In this document: positions 13,801 through 24,000 of the stretch, in pieces | Layout: each line of letters starts with the position of its first letter | How positions within the stretch are numbered: the first letter of the stretch is position 1 | NCBI GenBank assembly: GCA_002633005.1 | Contig: NMRA01000124.1 | Span: 124,001-188,000, forward strand | Length of the DNA stretch: 64,000 bases | Origin: Phoronis australis | Lineage: Eukaryota > Animalia > Phoronida | Direction: 5' to 3' | Made by a program: the position numbers and the translations under genes | The notes under the pieces: model-generated | Told to the model about the DNA's origin: nothing | What the model saw: the letters and a program-made list of their open reading frames with translations, nothing else | The model's database searches: none

Positions 13801-16800
13801 AAAAGGGTGTTGGTAAGGACAACAACTGTCTCATCCAATACACATTAGGCCAAGTCCATGAATAGGGACTTAAAGCTCAGTTAAATCTGATAAGGGTGAA
13901 AGATGCATGCATTCTCCTCCACTTGCCTGCAAATAGTGTTAGTGTAAAAGTTGCCTAATGGGGGCCATTTTGTGAAATAAACTAAGAAAATAAACTTATC
14001 ATTCTTGAAACTTGTCGAACTCAACTCATTAGTGCCCAACACTTCAACAACTTAAGAGAATCAAACAATCTATTTTGCAAATGAGGAGAGTTCAATTCGG
14101 GGTAGGACTATCACATCGTTGAGCAGTTTTCCAGAGTTTTATAACTTTCAAAAATGGAACAAAAATACATCTATACAAAATTTTAATTCATTTTTATAAA
14201 ATGTGTTTGTGTCCCGTGTAGATTTAAAACTAGAAAGATGTAGCTAAGTCACTCTTTAAAAACATTTGTAAATTGTTTATTGAGTTAAAATATTATTTAA
14301 TACTCAGTAACTAGAAAAGACTAACAGTACAAATTGAGAAATTCTGTAATTCTCAAGTTCATGAAAGACTACTATGACTAATAGCATAACAAGAGCAAAG
14401 CAGTGTTGATATATACCCACATTGTGCATTACAAACAGTGCAAATACAAGAGATGGTCATTATTTTGAACATTCTCACTAAAGGGAGCAATGCTAGTAAA
14501 CCTTAATACCGTAGTCTGTGTGGGATGCAAAGGATGTCAGATATGCTCTTCTCAATAGGAACACACTTGTCACCTTTCATAGTGATTCTACAAGATGTGT
14601 GGAGGATAGGGAGACAGATGACAAAGGACACAAAAAATAGAAACGTCATGCGACAGTAACTTAATTGCCAAACTTCATGAAGAACCATCAAAGGACTTGA
14701 TAGATATCGAGGCAAACGCAAAGAAAAACAAAATTGTCAACACTGCAGTGGCAGTCCCTGATCTCTCCACATGCCAAATGTCATGCAGATCTAGCCATCA
14801 AAGAACCTGTATTGACTCGAAAACAGTAAAAATGGCTATTAGGTAGCACAGAATATGTCGAATCCATCTGAAAATGAGAAAACGGTGCCTTCTAAATAGA
14901 TACCTATTTACTAGAATCCATAAAAATCCATCAAGGAACTCCAAAGATACTCAGGCAAACACAAAAAAATGAAAGCATTCGGAGGAGGGACACTTGGCGA
15001 AATTGACTGAACAGACGACACTGGAGATGATGCTGACAATGTTGATGTTGGTGAACGTGATAACAATCATATGATGAATGAAAATGTCAGAAATGAGTAA
15101 GAAATAGAGTCTAGTGCAATGGAAGGTACCAAAAAGTGCAGGAAAATCAGTCAACAAAGGAACAGCGTCATCAGAAAATCACAAATAATTCCAAAACGGG
15201 ATGTCCTGCGAAAAATGGAAAACATTTTCTGAAAGCCCAATCAAAATTCTATCTAACAGAGTAGTTTCACAGAATTACACAAATTTTCGAAAATTTTCAA
15301 ATTTTGCATTTTTTTGAAATTGGAAGTCAAATACCTCAAAAATGGTAAGTCTGAGGAAAATTGTTACAGTTCATTTGAAAGAATGCACATGTAAATATTA
15401 ATGTCATTTGCTCTTCCTGTTCAAAATGGCACCCCAGCACAATTGAAATGCGTCAGATCCACCATCTTGAAAACAATTTCTGGTTTTAAACGCAGCACAC
15501 GATAATAGCTACTGACAGGATACTAAAACATGAAAAGTGGAGAAGCAATTGATCCCACGATGTGCCTTCTACAGGACCAAATGTTTTTGTCCCGAAATCA
15601 AGGTGCTCAAACGCAATAGTCGATATTTCCCCCATCTTTAGCTGGAAATGAATGATTTACGACATATATGTAGTACCTGTCTGGTACAATAGATTTTCAG
15701 TCGTGTACGTCAAAAATTGCAGCCTCTATGATCATATGAATCTGAATTCGAAAAAAATGGTCACCATGTTCGCCATCTTGAATCTAATCATAATGAAAAA
15801 CAATAGGAATCCAGTTCTTATGGAACTAGTATGAATTTCGTGCAAATCGGACTAAAAGATTGTGAACAAACAAAAAAGAAACTAACTTAGTGTCAGAGCA
15901 ACATACTTGGAGAGAAATTTCCTCAAGTAATTATTACTCGGGGGCACAAGGGTAATCAGATCCATCTAAAAATTCGCTAATACCACCCCATCCATGAACA
16001 TGTCGGTAAAATTTCATGAACATGGAGATACGGCAGAAGATGCCGCACAGACAGACAGGCACGACAGCATAATGCACCCACATATGCTGTCATCCCCATC
16101 CATGGGTGCATTAGTACACTGTGTCAACATCTAGTGTGCTGTTAAAATCAAATATTTATCCTAGTAGGTTACTATTAAATCCAAGTGTTGTAACACCAAA
16201 TAAAGAGAATGTGAACAGAGTACCATAGTTCTATTTGTACAAGACATCAAATCAATGACAAAGAACACATACTTTAAGGAATGGCCAGTAAACCTATACA
16301 AAAACACATAATTTATCGATAAATCAAAGGCGGAACAAAGAAGCTTTAGTTGATCACCAAGAGACACATAAACAACAGGGAAAAAAGATCGGGTGAACTT
16401 TGATTTGAAATGTTCAGTGAGAAGCAAGGAATAAAAGGGGATTATTGACAACAACTCATGCTTGACAACATAAGGCGGGAAGGTGGTACTGTTAGGTACG
16501 CAATAAAATGACATGATGGAGCAATTAACAGCAACAGTCATGCAGTTATAATTGATGTGATATATTTTTATTTTCTTTGTATTTTTTAGTTCTAATGTGC
16601 AACTGTAGTTAATAGATTTGCCTACATCATATGTGGAAAACTAAACACCTAGGGTACTTCAGTTTTCAAAAAAATTGAATAATGTGAAAATTTATCTGTT
16701 TTTGTCAAAGTTATACAAACACAAAAAGAAGCCACACAAAAAGCATTAAATTGTTCAAAACAAGAATTTTTGTTTCAAACTTCTACCGAACTCCAACAAT

Positions 16801-19160
16801 AAGAAATTTTGTCAACTTTTTTCAATGCAGGTCACATTTTCCTAAGCCAACAAGCAGAAAATTACAGGAACGAAACCACAGCATTTTCTTTGTTGCATCA
16901 CATTTTCCGGATCTTTCAAAAATTTGAAATCTGATTGAATTTTCACAGCAATTGCCAACATCAATTCAACACCAATATAACACACAGAAAGCCATACAGC
17001 ATATTTCATTTCTAACTCACCCTACTGAAGAGTTTAGGATTACTGATAATGCTGGAACATGCTGTGACGAACCAGGCATTACCATACTCCCCTTGGTGAA
17101 GGTCATCTGAGGTCACGCCCTCAACGATCAGCCGCGGTACCTTACATAGCTCCTGAAAAATTAATTAACATACACATCAGAATAAGACATATGACAACTG
17201 AGAGTTCAGAATGCATTTATTAATAGTTTTATAGGAATCCAACAATCGGTCGTGGACAACAATTGACCGCAGCAATAAAACTGGAAACGGACAAACTTTT
17301 AATTTTGATCGCTTACTGTTATAAATCTGACCTTGACTTGTTACTTACTCTAATTAGAGGTGAAAGCGATTGGTAGGCATTGGAACAAGTGGCAGTTAGA
17401 TATTCTGTCACTTCATCCAAGAGCAGACGTAGTGTGTAACTGAATAAAGTACAACATGTGACCACTTTTATAATAGTAAGTGATTTTGACAGAGGGAGGG
17501 TTTATGGTACGTTCAACATATTTTTCTAGCAGGTACAAACAAAAACTGAGAAAAAAGTCAATTATTAGACAGAGCCAGTAAAACCCTTGAAACACAAAGA
17601 CTGAGATAAGTAAAGACAAGTCAAATTGCGTGGCACTAGTGAAATATCATATCACACATATTTGGTTAACAGGACCGCCACCCCTAAGGGGACTAGAATG
17701 TACATTTTGTTGGTTGTGTGCAGCTGGAATACCCACTCATTCACAAAGTCACTCAAAAATGGACCCAATTTTTGGGAAGCTCCATAATGAAGTCACCTTG
17801 GGGTTTTGTTCCAAAAACACCTCTTTTGCATTTCCATAACACCATAGCAACCCTTTTGTAGATATTCTTAAACAGCTCATGCAGCCCCACACAGCACAAG
17901 AAGAGACGACGTGGTATAAACAAGTACCGTACATCTTTTTCAATTAGAAAGCACCGTCTTGTTTTAGTTGGAAAAAGAGCTTTGAACCTTTTGTAATGAG
18001 TTCAATTGGAAATATAACAGAAACTTCATCAGAAAAGGGACCCTTTCTCAGGGCAACTGGATGTGGAAAAGTCACTCTCTGCGTGGCACGTGCCGTATAC
18101 CTCTGTAATGGGAGTACCCTCCCGTGAACCACTTCATACCGTCAGAGGTCCTATAGTCGTGAGTGCCCTAAAGTCGTGAACAATCTTATTTCCTCTTCTG
18201 CGCAGTCCCGCGACATCTGGCATTGAAGTTTCCAGCGTTCGTCTGCTTACAAACGTCAAACAAATACCCGGACATGTTGGTATTCACAATATGATAACAA
18301 ACAGTGACTGAGTGGCTTCTTTTTTTCAAATGTATCTTAAAAACAGCATATCACACTAATCCACTTTTTGTGCATTTTTGGGATATATATTTTCAAAAAT
18401 ATTCATCATTTAGGTTTACTCAAACACACGCTCCAGGGGTAACTTGAACAATGTATCAAAATGTCCCAGGGTGCATCAACTTTTGTAAGGCCAAAGCAAT
18501 AAAATACAGAGAGATACTTGATGCTGGGTTCTTAGAGTTTTACGTGAACATTCAGCCTCATTGAAAATGTCTGTGCACATCAAAGTTGGGTGCAAAACAT
18601 ATAACAATTCATTTCAATTGAAACTGAATTAATAAACAATGCAATGTGTTTTTATGTCGTCTAGAATATAAGCACTGTAGTTGACCCGTGTGGTCTTACT
18701 TCGTGCATTTCCGTCTAAACGAAACGGTCACGACTTTAGGGCCTCATTCAAAATGGCCGGCAATATCAGCAACCGCTTCAAAACTCTGCTTACAGAGACA
18801 AACAAGGATTAAGATTGTCAAAACATGTATATTTGTGAAGGCTGATATATGTCCATGACATCACATGAGCAGTTGCTAACGGATATTGGGTAATATGACA
18901 ATCAGCTGCTTATTATGCTTATATTCACGACTTAAGGTCACCAGTGTGTATAACCGATATTGACATTTACTTGGGAGTACTAAGCAGTCACTTACAGCAG
19001 GTCTTTTCCATTCTATATCCTCGTCTACTTTGCTGTGGAAGACAGATTTGTTAGTCGATGGAAACTCTAAGTCTGTGAAAATACTCCCACTCTTAGCAAG
19101 GACCTTCTTTATCTCTGCATATTTTTGCCCCTTGATAGTTTTAATTGATGCGGCACTCAT
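1710..19160 (-). CDS. CAPN5: Calpain-5/6-like (TRA-3 class) gene, spliced, predicted catalytically inactive; 3' end not found (probably outside window)
   Basis: Ten exons (19160-18996, 17152-17021, 10356-10154, 9666-9477, 8299-8109, 6135-6058, 4650-4455, 3188-2992, 2525-2410, 1849-1710) join in frame via GT-AG (1608 nt, no stops). Motifs [55 protein letters not shown] and C2 IFYKK resemble CAPN5/6. Symbol denotes family resemblance only. Confidence 0.93.
2410..2525 (-). CDS. CAPN5: Calpain exon, linker and start of C2 ([38 protein letters not shown])
   Basis: ttccag acceptor, gtaata donor, 116 nt; phase 2-1 bridges both neighbours exactly. Confidence 0.85.
2992..3188 (-). CDS. CAPN5: Calpain exon, C2L second half ([10 protein letters not shown]...[24 protein letters not shown]...)
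   Basis: ttttctag acceptor, gtgagt donor, 197 nt; VEENRQYR and GRYVxIPxT...FLLR motifs. Confidence 0.93.
4455..4650 (-). CDS. CAPN5: Calpain coding exon 7 ([10 protein letters not shown]...[13 protein letters not shown]...[16 protein letters not shown])
   Basis: ttttccag acceptor, gtgtga donor, 196 nt; end of CysPc and start of C2L (TFxxNPQ). Confidence 0.92.
6058..6135 (-). CDS. CAPN5: Calpain coding exon 6 ([26 protein letters not shown])
   Basis: tgcag acceptor, gtgaga donor, 78 nt phase 2-2; SxEW...EFW motif. Confidence 0.9.
6338..7744. mobile_element. Non-autonomous Tc1/mariner-pogo-like DNA transposon (~1.4 kb)
   Basis: TA|ccgtattcgccgtaataaccgccca ... tgggcggttaatacagcgaatacgg|TA inverted termini; repeated subterminal taagcgcc motifs; no transposase ORF. 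Confidence 0.85.
8109..8299 (-). CDS. CAPN5: Calpain coding exon 5 ([26 protein letters not shown]...[19 protein letters not shown]), His and Asn positions
   Basis: gtcag acceptor, gtaagt donor, 191 nt; RLxNPWG and WxGPWSD motifs. Confidence 0.93.
8897..9251. mobile_element. TTAA-flanked MITE (Kolobok-like); related copies near 34322-34652, 35600-35945 and 51490-51720
   Basis: TTAA|agctgcattctgccctgtt ... aacagggtgaaatgcagct|TTAA; shared internal motifs (ctcataaaat, aaccctaaaatt, tacacattg). Confidence 0.75.
9477..9666 (-). CDS. CAPN5: Calpain coding exon 4 ([23 protein letters not shown]...MIVCSIE)
   Basis: ttttag acceptor, gtaggg donor, 190 nt, phase 2-0. Confidence 0.93.
10154..10356 (-). 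CDS. CAPN5: Calpain coding exon 3 ([10 protein letters not shown]...[24 protein letters not shown]...[13 protein letters not shown])
   Basis: tgcag acceptor, gttagt donor, 203 nt; hallmark calpain motifs. Confidence 0.95.
11160..13231. mobile_element. ~2.07-kb non-autonomous DNA transposon with ~230-bp imperfect TIRs (Kolobok-like)
   Basis: ggtaactgtgaaccttgcttaccaggttgta... is mirrored by ...tacaacctggtaaacaaggttcacagttacc|TTAA; left TSD degenerate (ctat); no coding ORF. Confidence 0.8.
14389..16112 (-). mobile_element. Helentron-associated element family A (HINE/DINE-1-like) with a family-B element nested at ~14970-15932
   Basis: Read on minus: 5' atgcaccca...tgggtgcat hairpin plus (tgtc)n at ~16110-16045; ~150-bp internal units; 3' gtggg...ttgctcttgt at 14420-14389. 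Confidence 0.65.
17021..17152 (-). CDS. CAPN5: Calpain coding exon 2 ([44 protein letters not shown]), contains catalytic-Cys position
   Basis: tttttcag acceptor, gtgagt donor, 132 nt phase 0-0; not in the ORF track; matches calpain QGxxGxCWF region with Cys replaced by Ala. Confidence 0.93.
18139..18742. mobile_element. Truncated pogo-like DNA transposon fragment
   Basis: TA|ccgtcagaggtcctatagtcgtgagtgccctaaagtcgtga left end; inverted tcacgactttagggc near 18728-18742; right TIR not seen. Confidence 0.45.
18996..19160 (-). CDS. CAPN5: Calpain coding exon 1 ([19 protein letters not shown]...FTDLEFP...WKRPA)
   Basis: ATG at 19160, 14 nt after acceptor ttcag (exon starts 19174); donor gtaagt after 18996; 165 nt, phase 0. 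Confidence 0.92.
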
Positions 19161-20708
19161 GTTCTTTTTTTTTCCTGAAATTGAAGTCACATTGATTTTT
19201 GAGTTTAACTACATCTTGAGGAGCTGTTTCACAGGAACTAATATTGCTGATACCTGTATAAAGCACGCACGCCTCATAACAAATTTAGGCACGCAGTATA
19301 AGTCATCAGCAGTAATTTGAAATCTACTTTTTCAAGCTATTCGCCCAAGTCAGCTAATTAAATGGTACTTAAAACGAGCTGATTGATTTGAAAAATTCAC
19401 CAGTTAACCTGTCACTGCAAGTATGGTCTAAATATCAGTAAATGTGAATTGTTTTCAAAACTGAGGGTGGAAATAGCGACAAATATTCACAAACAAGCAC
19501 ACACACGGGAAACTCGGTTGATTTGGGAATTTAGTGATACAATACATACAAGCTCATATTCAAAAACTGCTCATATGGGGATCAACTGCTTAGAAGTATT
19601 GTAACGTGTAAGTTTTAGGAAAACAATTTCTGAAATCCTTTCACCAGCATCAAGTAACTTGTGAATTGTCTATTTTCAACGCATGAATGTATAATCCTCA
19701 AAAATTAAAAAACTTTAAAAGTCACACAATGGTTTATTATCACTTGACTGACATTTTTATGACTATGGTCATTTTTTATTTGAACGTGAATTTTCAAAAA
19801 CTTAAACCATATGGGCGACTTCATGTTTGGACTATGTTTTTACTGCATGGCAAAGCAAAAGTTTTTAAAGTCAATAATCTACTGATGTTTTCAGAGATGA
19901 TCATAATTTTCATATAAGAGAAATTTCTATTCATTTAATCTAGGTCATTTGCAGAACAGTTTAAGAGTCATACACTAATGTAAATACAGATAATTGATTC
20001 TTTCAAGTGACTTGAGTACAATGTGAATATCGTATGTAATTCAAAGAAGCCTAAGTCAATTAGGGCATGATCATGCCTTTCATTGGCAGGAACTTAGTGT
20101 AACAATTAAATTCATTTGAAGCTTCTGTCTGACAAAGGAACAATTTTGAAATGTAGCATGTGTAAAAACAGACACACAAGAGATAGCAATTGAATCATGA
20201 TGACCTTTATATGAATTTTGAATGCATATTTATTTAAAAGCATTGAGCATCAGAGCAATAAACTTTCAGATTGAGCTAAAGGACACTAAGAGTTCTTTGG
20301 ACATCAGAAGTGAATACTCGATCCTGTGATGTTTTCCTTACTAGACGTGGACATGTCTGACAAATTCACAACACAACGTGTAGGCCTCATCATTACCTCT
20401 TATTCATGAACATTATGACATAAGAACAAATCTATGACTGCTACTTTAAAACCCGTGACCGCTTTTCCCATTTTGTGTTCAAGTATAATAATGAATGGAA
20501 ACTTTTCGTCCAGTCTTACTTAAGAGGAGATAGGTACTTAACGATTGCAAATATGATAAGTGGCGATGACCTCGAGCTCATCTTGTCAGTCAACACTAAC
20601 AGCGCGACAACCAAGAAATTGGCGACAACGATTTGCCAGGTTGTTTAATATGTGAATGAAATATTTGTTGTTCGAATTATCAAGCTGAAACCATTTAAAA
20701 ATACTCAC

Positions 20709-21070
20709 AGTGCTTTCTATCTCTGCTTTTTCTTTGTTTCTAGTTATTTATGGACATAGTTGATGACCAATTACGCTACAAAGTAGCAGCAAATTTCCCA
20801 AACGAATGACCTCCCTAAGCGATGAAGTTTACGCTGGTTACGGCATCCGGTTTACTACCCACAATTCATTCAGTTTTAGGTCACGATTGCGAGACCAGTG
20901 AAAGTTTTTATTTTCTTTGGGCACAAAGAAATGACGCAGACAAAACGCAATGGCATCGAAAAGCAATGGCTCGAATGAGGAGAAATTAGACGACGTGACA
21001 CTGTGGGCGGAAGTAGACAAACTTCAGTATCGACACAGGCCGCTGGCGGGGGATTGCGGTCGGGGCCGAT
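20709..21070 (-). promoter_or_regulatory. Putative non-coding first exon and promoter of the calpain gene
   Basis: Coding exon 1 starts with an acceptor, so an upstream exon is needed; gtgagt donor at 20708-20703; CpG-rich stretch with GC-box/ETS-like gggcggaagt at 21005-21014. Confidence 0.45.
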
Positions 21071-24000
21071 ACAATACGGCGGCAGATGGCCGGTTTTGCA
21101 GTGAAATTGAAAATGGGAGTGTTACCCGTACTTGTAACGCTTTGCGACCTGTGGGTAGCAGAGATTTGGCGAAGTCGAATTTGTCTGTGTCCCCCTAGTT
21201 TGTGTCGGGGAGTGACAACCCAATAATTGTCGATTTTGGACCAAACCGAAAAGAAAGAAAAGGTTGGGCGCTAGAGAAAAGTTCAAGTACAAAAAGAGGT
21301 CTATGATTCGAATAAGAGTGTTTCAAATTTGCGAATGTCACAAAAATAATTTATATACCACAGTGGAAGTAATGGTTATATTTTCAGGGACTTTGTTTTT
21401 TTAGATTTAATTGTGGAGCGCAAGACAAAATTCTCACTGAATTAAGTTTTAATAAAAAAGTTTGTAGTTTTCATGAAACGAACCCATGATATTTTAATTT
21501 TTAAGACACCAGCCTTGAAGTTCAGCGAATGTCTGGCAGAGAAGGACGAGAATTGGAGATTTGTAATTTAATCACAAAAACAAAACGAATTCCATTGTTG
21601 ATTTATAGGTAACTTCAACTACCCGGTCTATACTAAGGCAATTCCGAACAATATGTTTTTCGGCCGTCGGTAAAACCGATAATGTCCCAAATTTATGAGT
21701 TTGTTATCGCTTCGTATCTGAAATAACAGTGTTCTTCAACACCTTTGTTTGATTGTCTGACTGAAATTATAAAAAGATAGTCAGTGGAAATGCTTTGGAT
21801 CTTGCCGGAGTGTCGCTGACTGAAGTGGAGTATTGCGATTAAATGCTTATGAAATTCAGTTTACTTTCAGTTTCTATGGGCATACTAGTAGGTTCATATA
21901 TCCTATTGGTCTGCCTACTTCTCGTTTTGACTTTTAAACGGTTAGGGCAGGTATAGCGAAATGTTGGACAAACTTAGCTTGACGCACCTGCTAATTTGAA
22001 TCCTGCCACCGCGATAAAGCCCCCATAGAGGCTCTTTTGCTTGTCTGGTACAAAATATGGAGAAAATGAAGGCAAGATATCGTTCCTCAATTTTTGATCT
22101 TTATAAGGGCCGCTAAAATTTAAAAGTTGTAGTACTAGTAGTAGTAGTAGTCGGCAGGTACCTGTTATAGTGACCAAGCTACTGACAAAGCGAAACTTTC
22201 CTCTTGCAGCACATGAAGCCCATGACTGAAAGAAGATAATGCGGGCGGCAATTTTTCGAAACAGCTCCAACTGTTTTTCCAAAAGAAATACTGGTGACTG
22301 ATTCTTCTAAATCACAAAGTCACTTCGGTTTCCGAAAGAGCCCCCTGGGAACTTTTTCGAAAATCCTCGGAACCGACCCCCAAGGTGCATAACTAAGAAA
22401 AAAAATCTTGTTTCACAGGTTATGGATGCCCTTACCGGCATTATTCAAATTAAATCTTCAATTACAAACTCATTGGATCCATAGCTTGACAGGGACGAAT
22501 TCCGCGTTACCATATGGTAGATCTATCATTATTGAGCCGGTGTAGCATTAAATTTTGACTCCCTCAAAAAATGAGCCCGAGTGTCATTTGCAACGTTGAG
22601 AAACTTGTTTTGGCACAGGCTCATTTTTAACGTTGAATAATGACCCGGTTCGCTTTTAAAGGGGTACTGCGAATTTATTGTGATCCTTATGAAACCCAAA
22701 AGATAATTTTTCAACAAATGACAATTTATCAAAAATGCCCGGTCAGTCTGTGTGGAAATATACCGGTACGCCTTGGCGGATTTTTTCTTAAAATTTTCAA
22801 TGATGTATTTCAGTTGCAACGGAACAGTGCGAACAAATTAAGGAAGTTTGCGCTAAGTTTTATCTGGTTTGCACGTTCAACGACATTGAGGGCATTTGTA
22901 CGGCAGGTGAGTCGGCGGATATCATTTCATCGTGTATGTTTCCTATTTCAAATTGGCTGCTCTGTCGAATCTCAGATATATAGTCTGAGGTCGAATACAC
23001 TTTGAGAGCGTCGCTCCAACTTTCGCGTCGGCAACTCGCATTGGGGGTACGGCAAATCCTTTGAACTTCGGGTCAGTGTATTTCAGTTTCAAGGTTAAGT
23101 GTCCAAGTAGGGGTAGTTGGCGCTGGATGCAATATTTCTCTACACTTACCAGTGCAGGGGACCCTGACGTCACAGAACTGACAGCTGGAAGGTATTCCCC
23201 CAAAAACATGACTGCCCTGAGTACTTGCCGATCGTCATTGTGACATAGTAATAATAGACGGCAATACTCTGTAATGTCGAGTTATTTCTGAATATTTATC
23301 GAAGTAAAACAATGGACTTTAGATTTCAATAAAATTTATAAACCATAAATGTTAAAATTCTTCGTTTAGTCGTAGTTTTCGCCGAGGTTGTCTCAGTTGA
23401 AACAGGCCGTGCCGGTTTTTTCTGTCTTCATGTGGAGAAATTCTCGCTTACACTGGTAACCGCTCTGATTCCCTAAGCCCCAGACAACTTTTATGATGCC
23501 TAGTATTCAGCACGCCCTTTGTATAGATGTAGATCTGAGCTAATCAGTGGAAAGGTTATAGCTAGCACTACTTTCGTACTACTACTTTTATTGCACCCAA
23601 ATTGTTTTTCTCTGGCATTTGCACTGCAATGTGGAGAGTAGTTTTAATTAACTTGGTACATTTATAAAATATTACAAAAAGACTAAAAAGTTTATTTGCG
23701 TTGATTTTGACAAAGGGCCACGTTGGTTTTAAATATGTTTTCATTACTTTATTCTTAATACTCCTGTCTCCTTATTTTTTTTTTCTTACCGGTAAGGGTT
23801 GCTATCTTTTATTTTGTTTTTAAACCGGTGAAGTATCAAAACATCTTAGAAGCTGCAAATCCGCCCTACCCCACTTTTGCGGCCAGTGATTTTCAAGTGG
23901 GGAAAATCAAGTTACCCTAGATAACGGAAGTCTGTGTGTGGACGGCACTAAATAACATTTGACACGCATGATGAGACACGCCAGAACTTTGCGTATTAAG

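Noticed and set aside
1710-19160. Calling the calpain a pseudogene
   Set aside because: No stops or frameshifts in 536 codons and all splice sites canonical; the substitutions are concentrated at the active site
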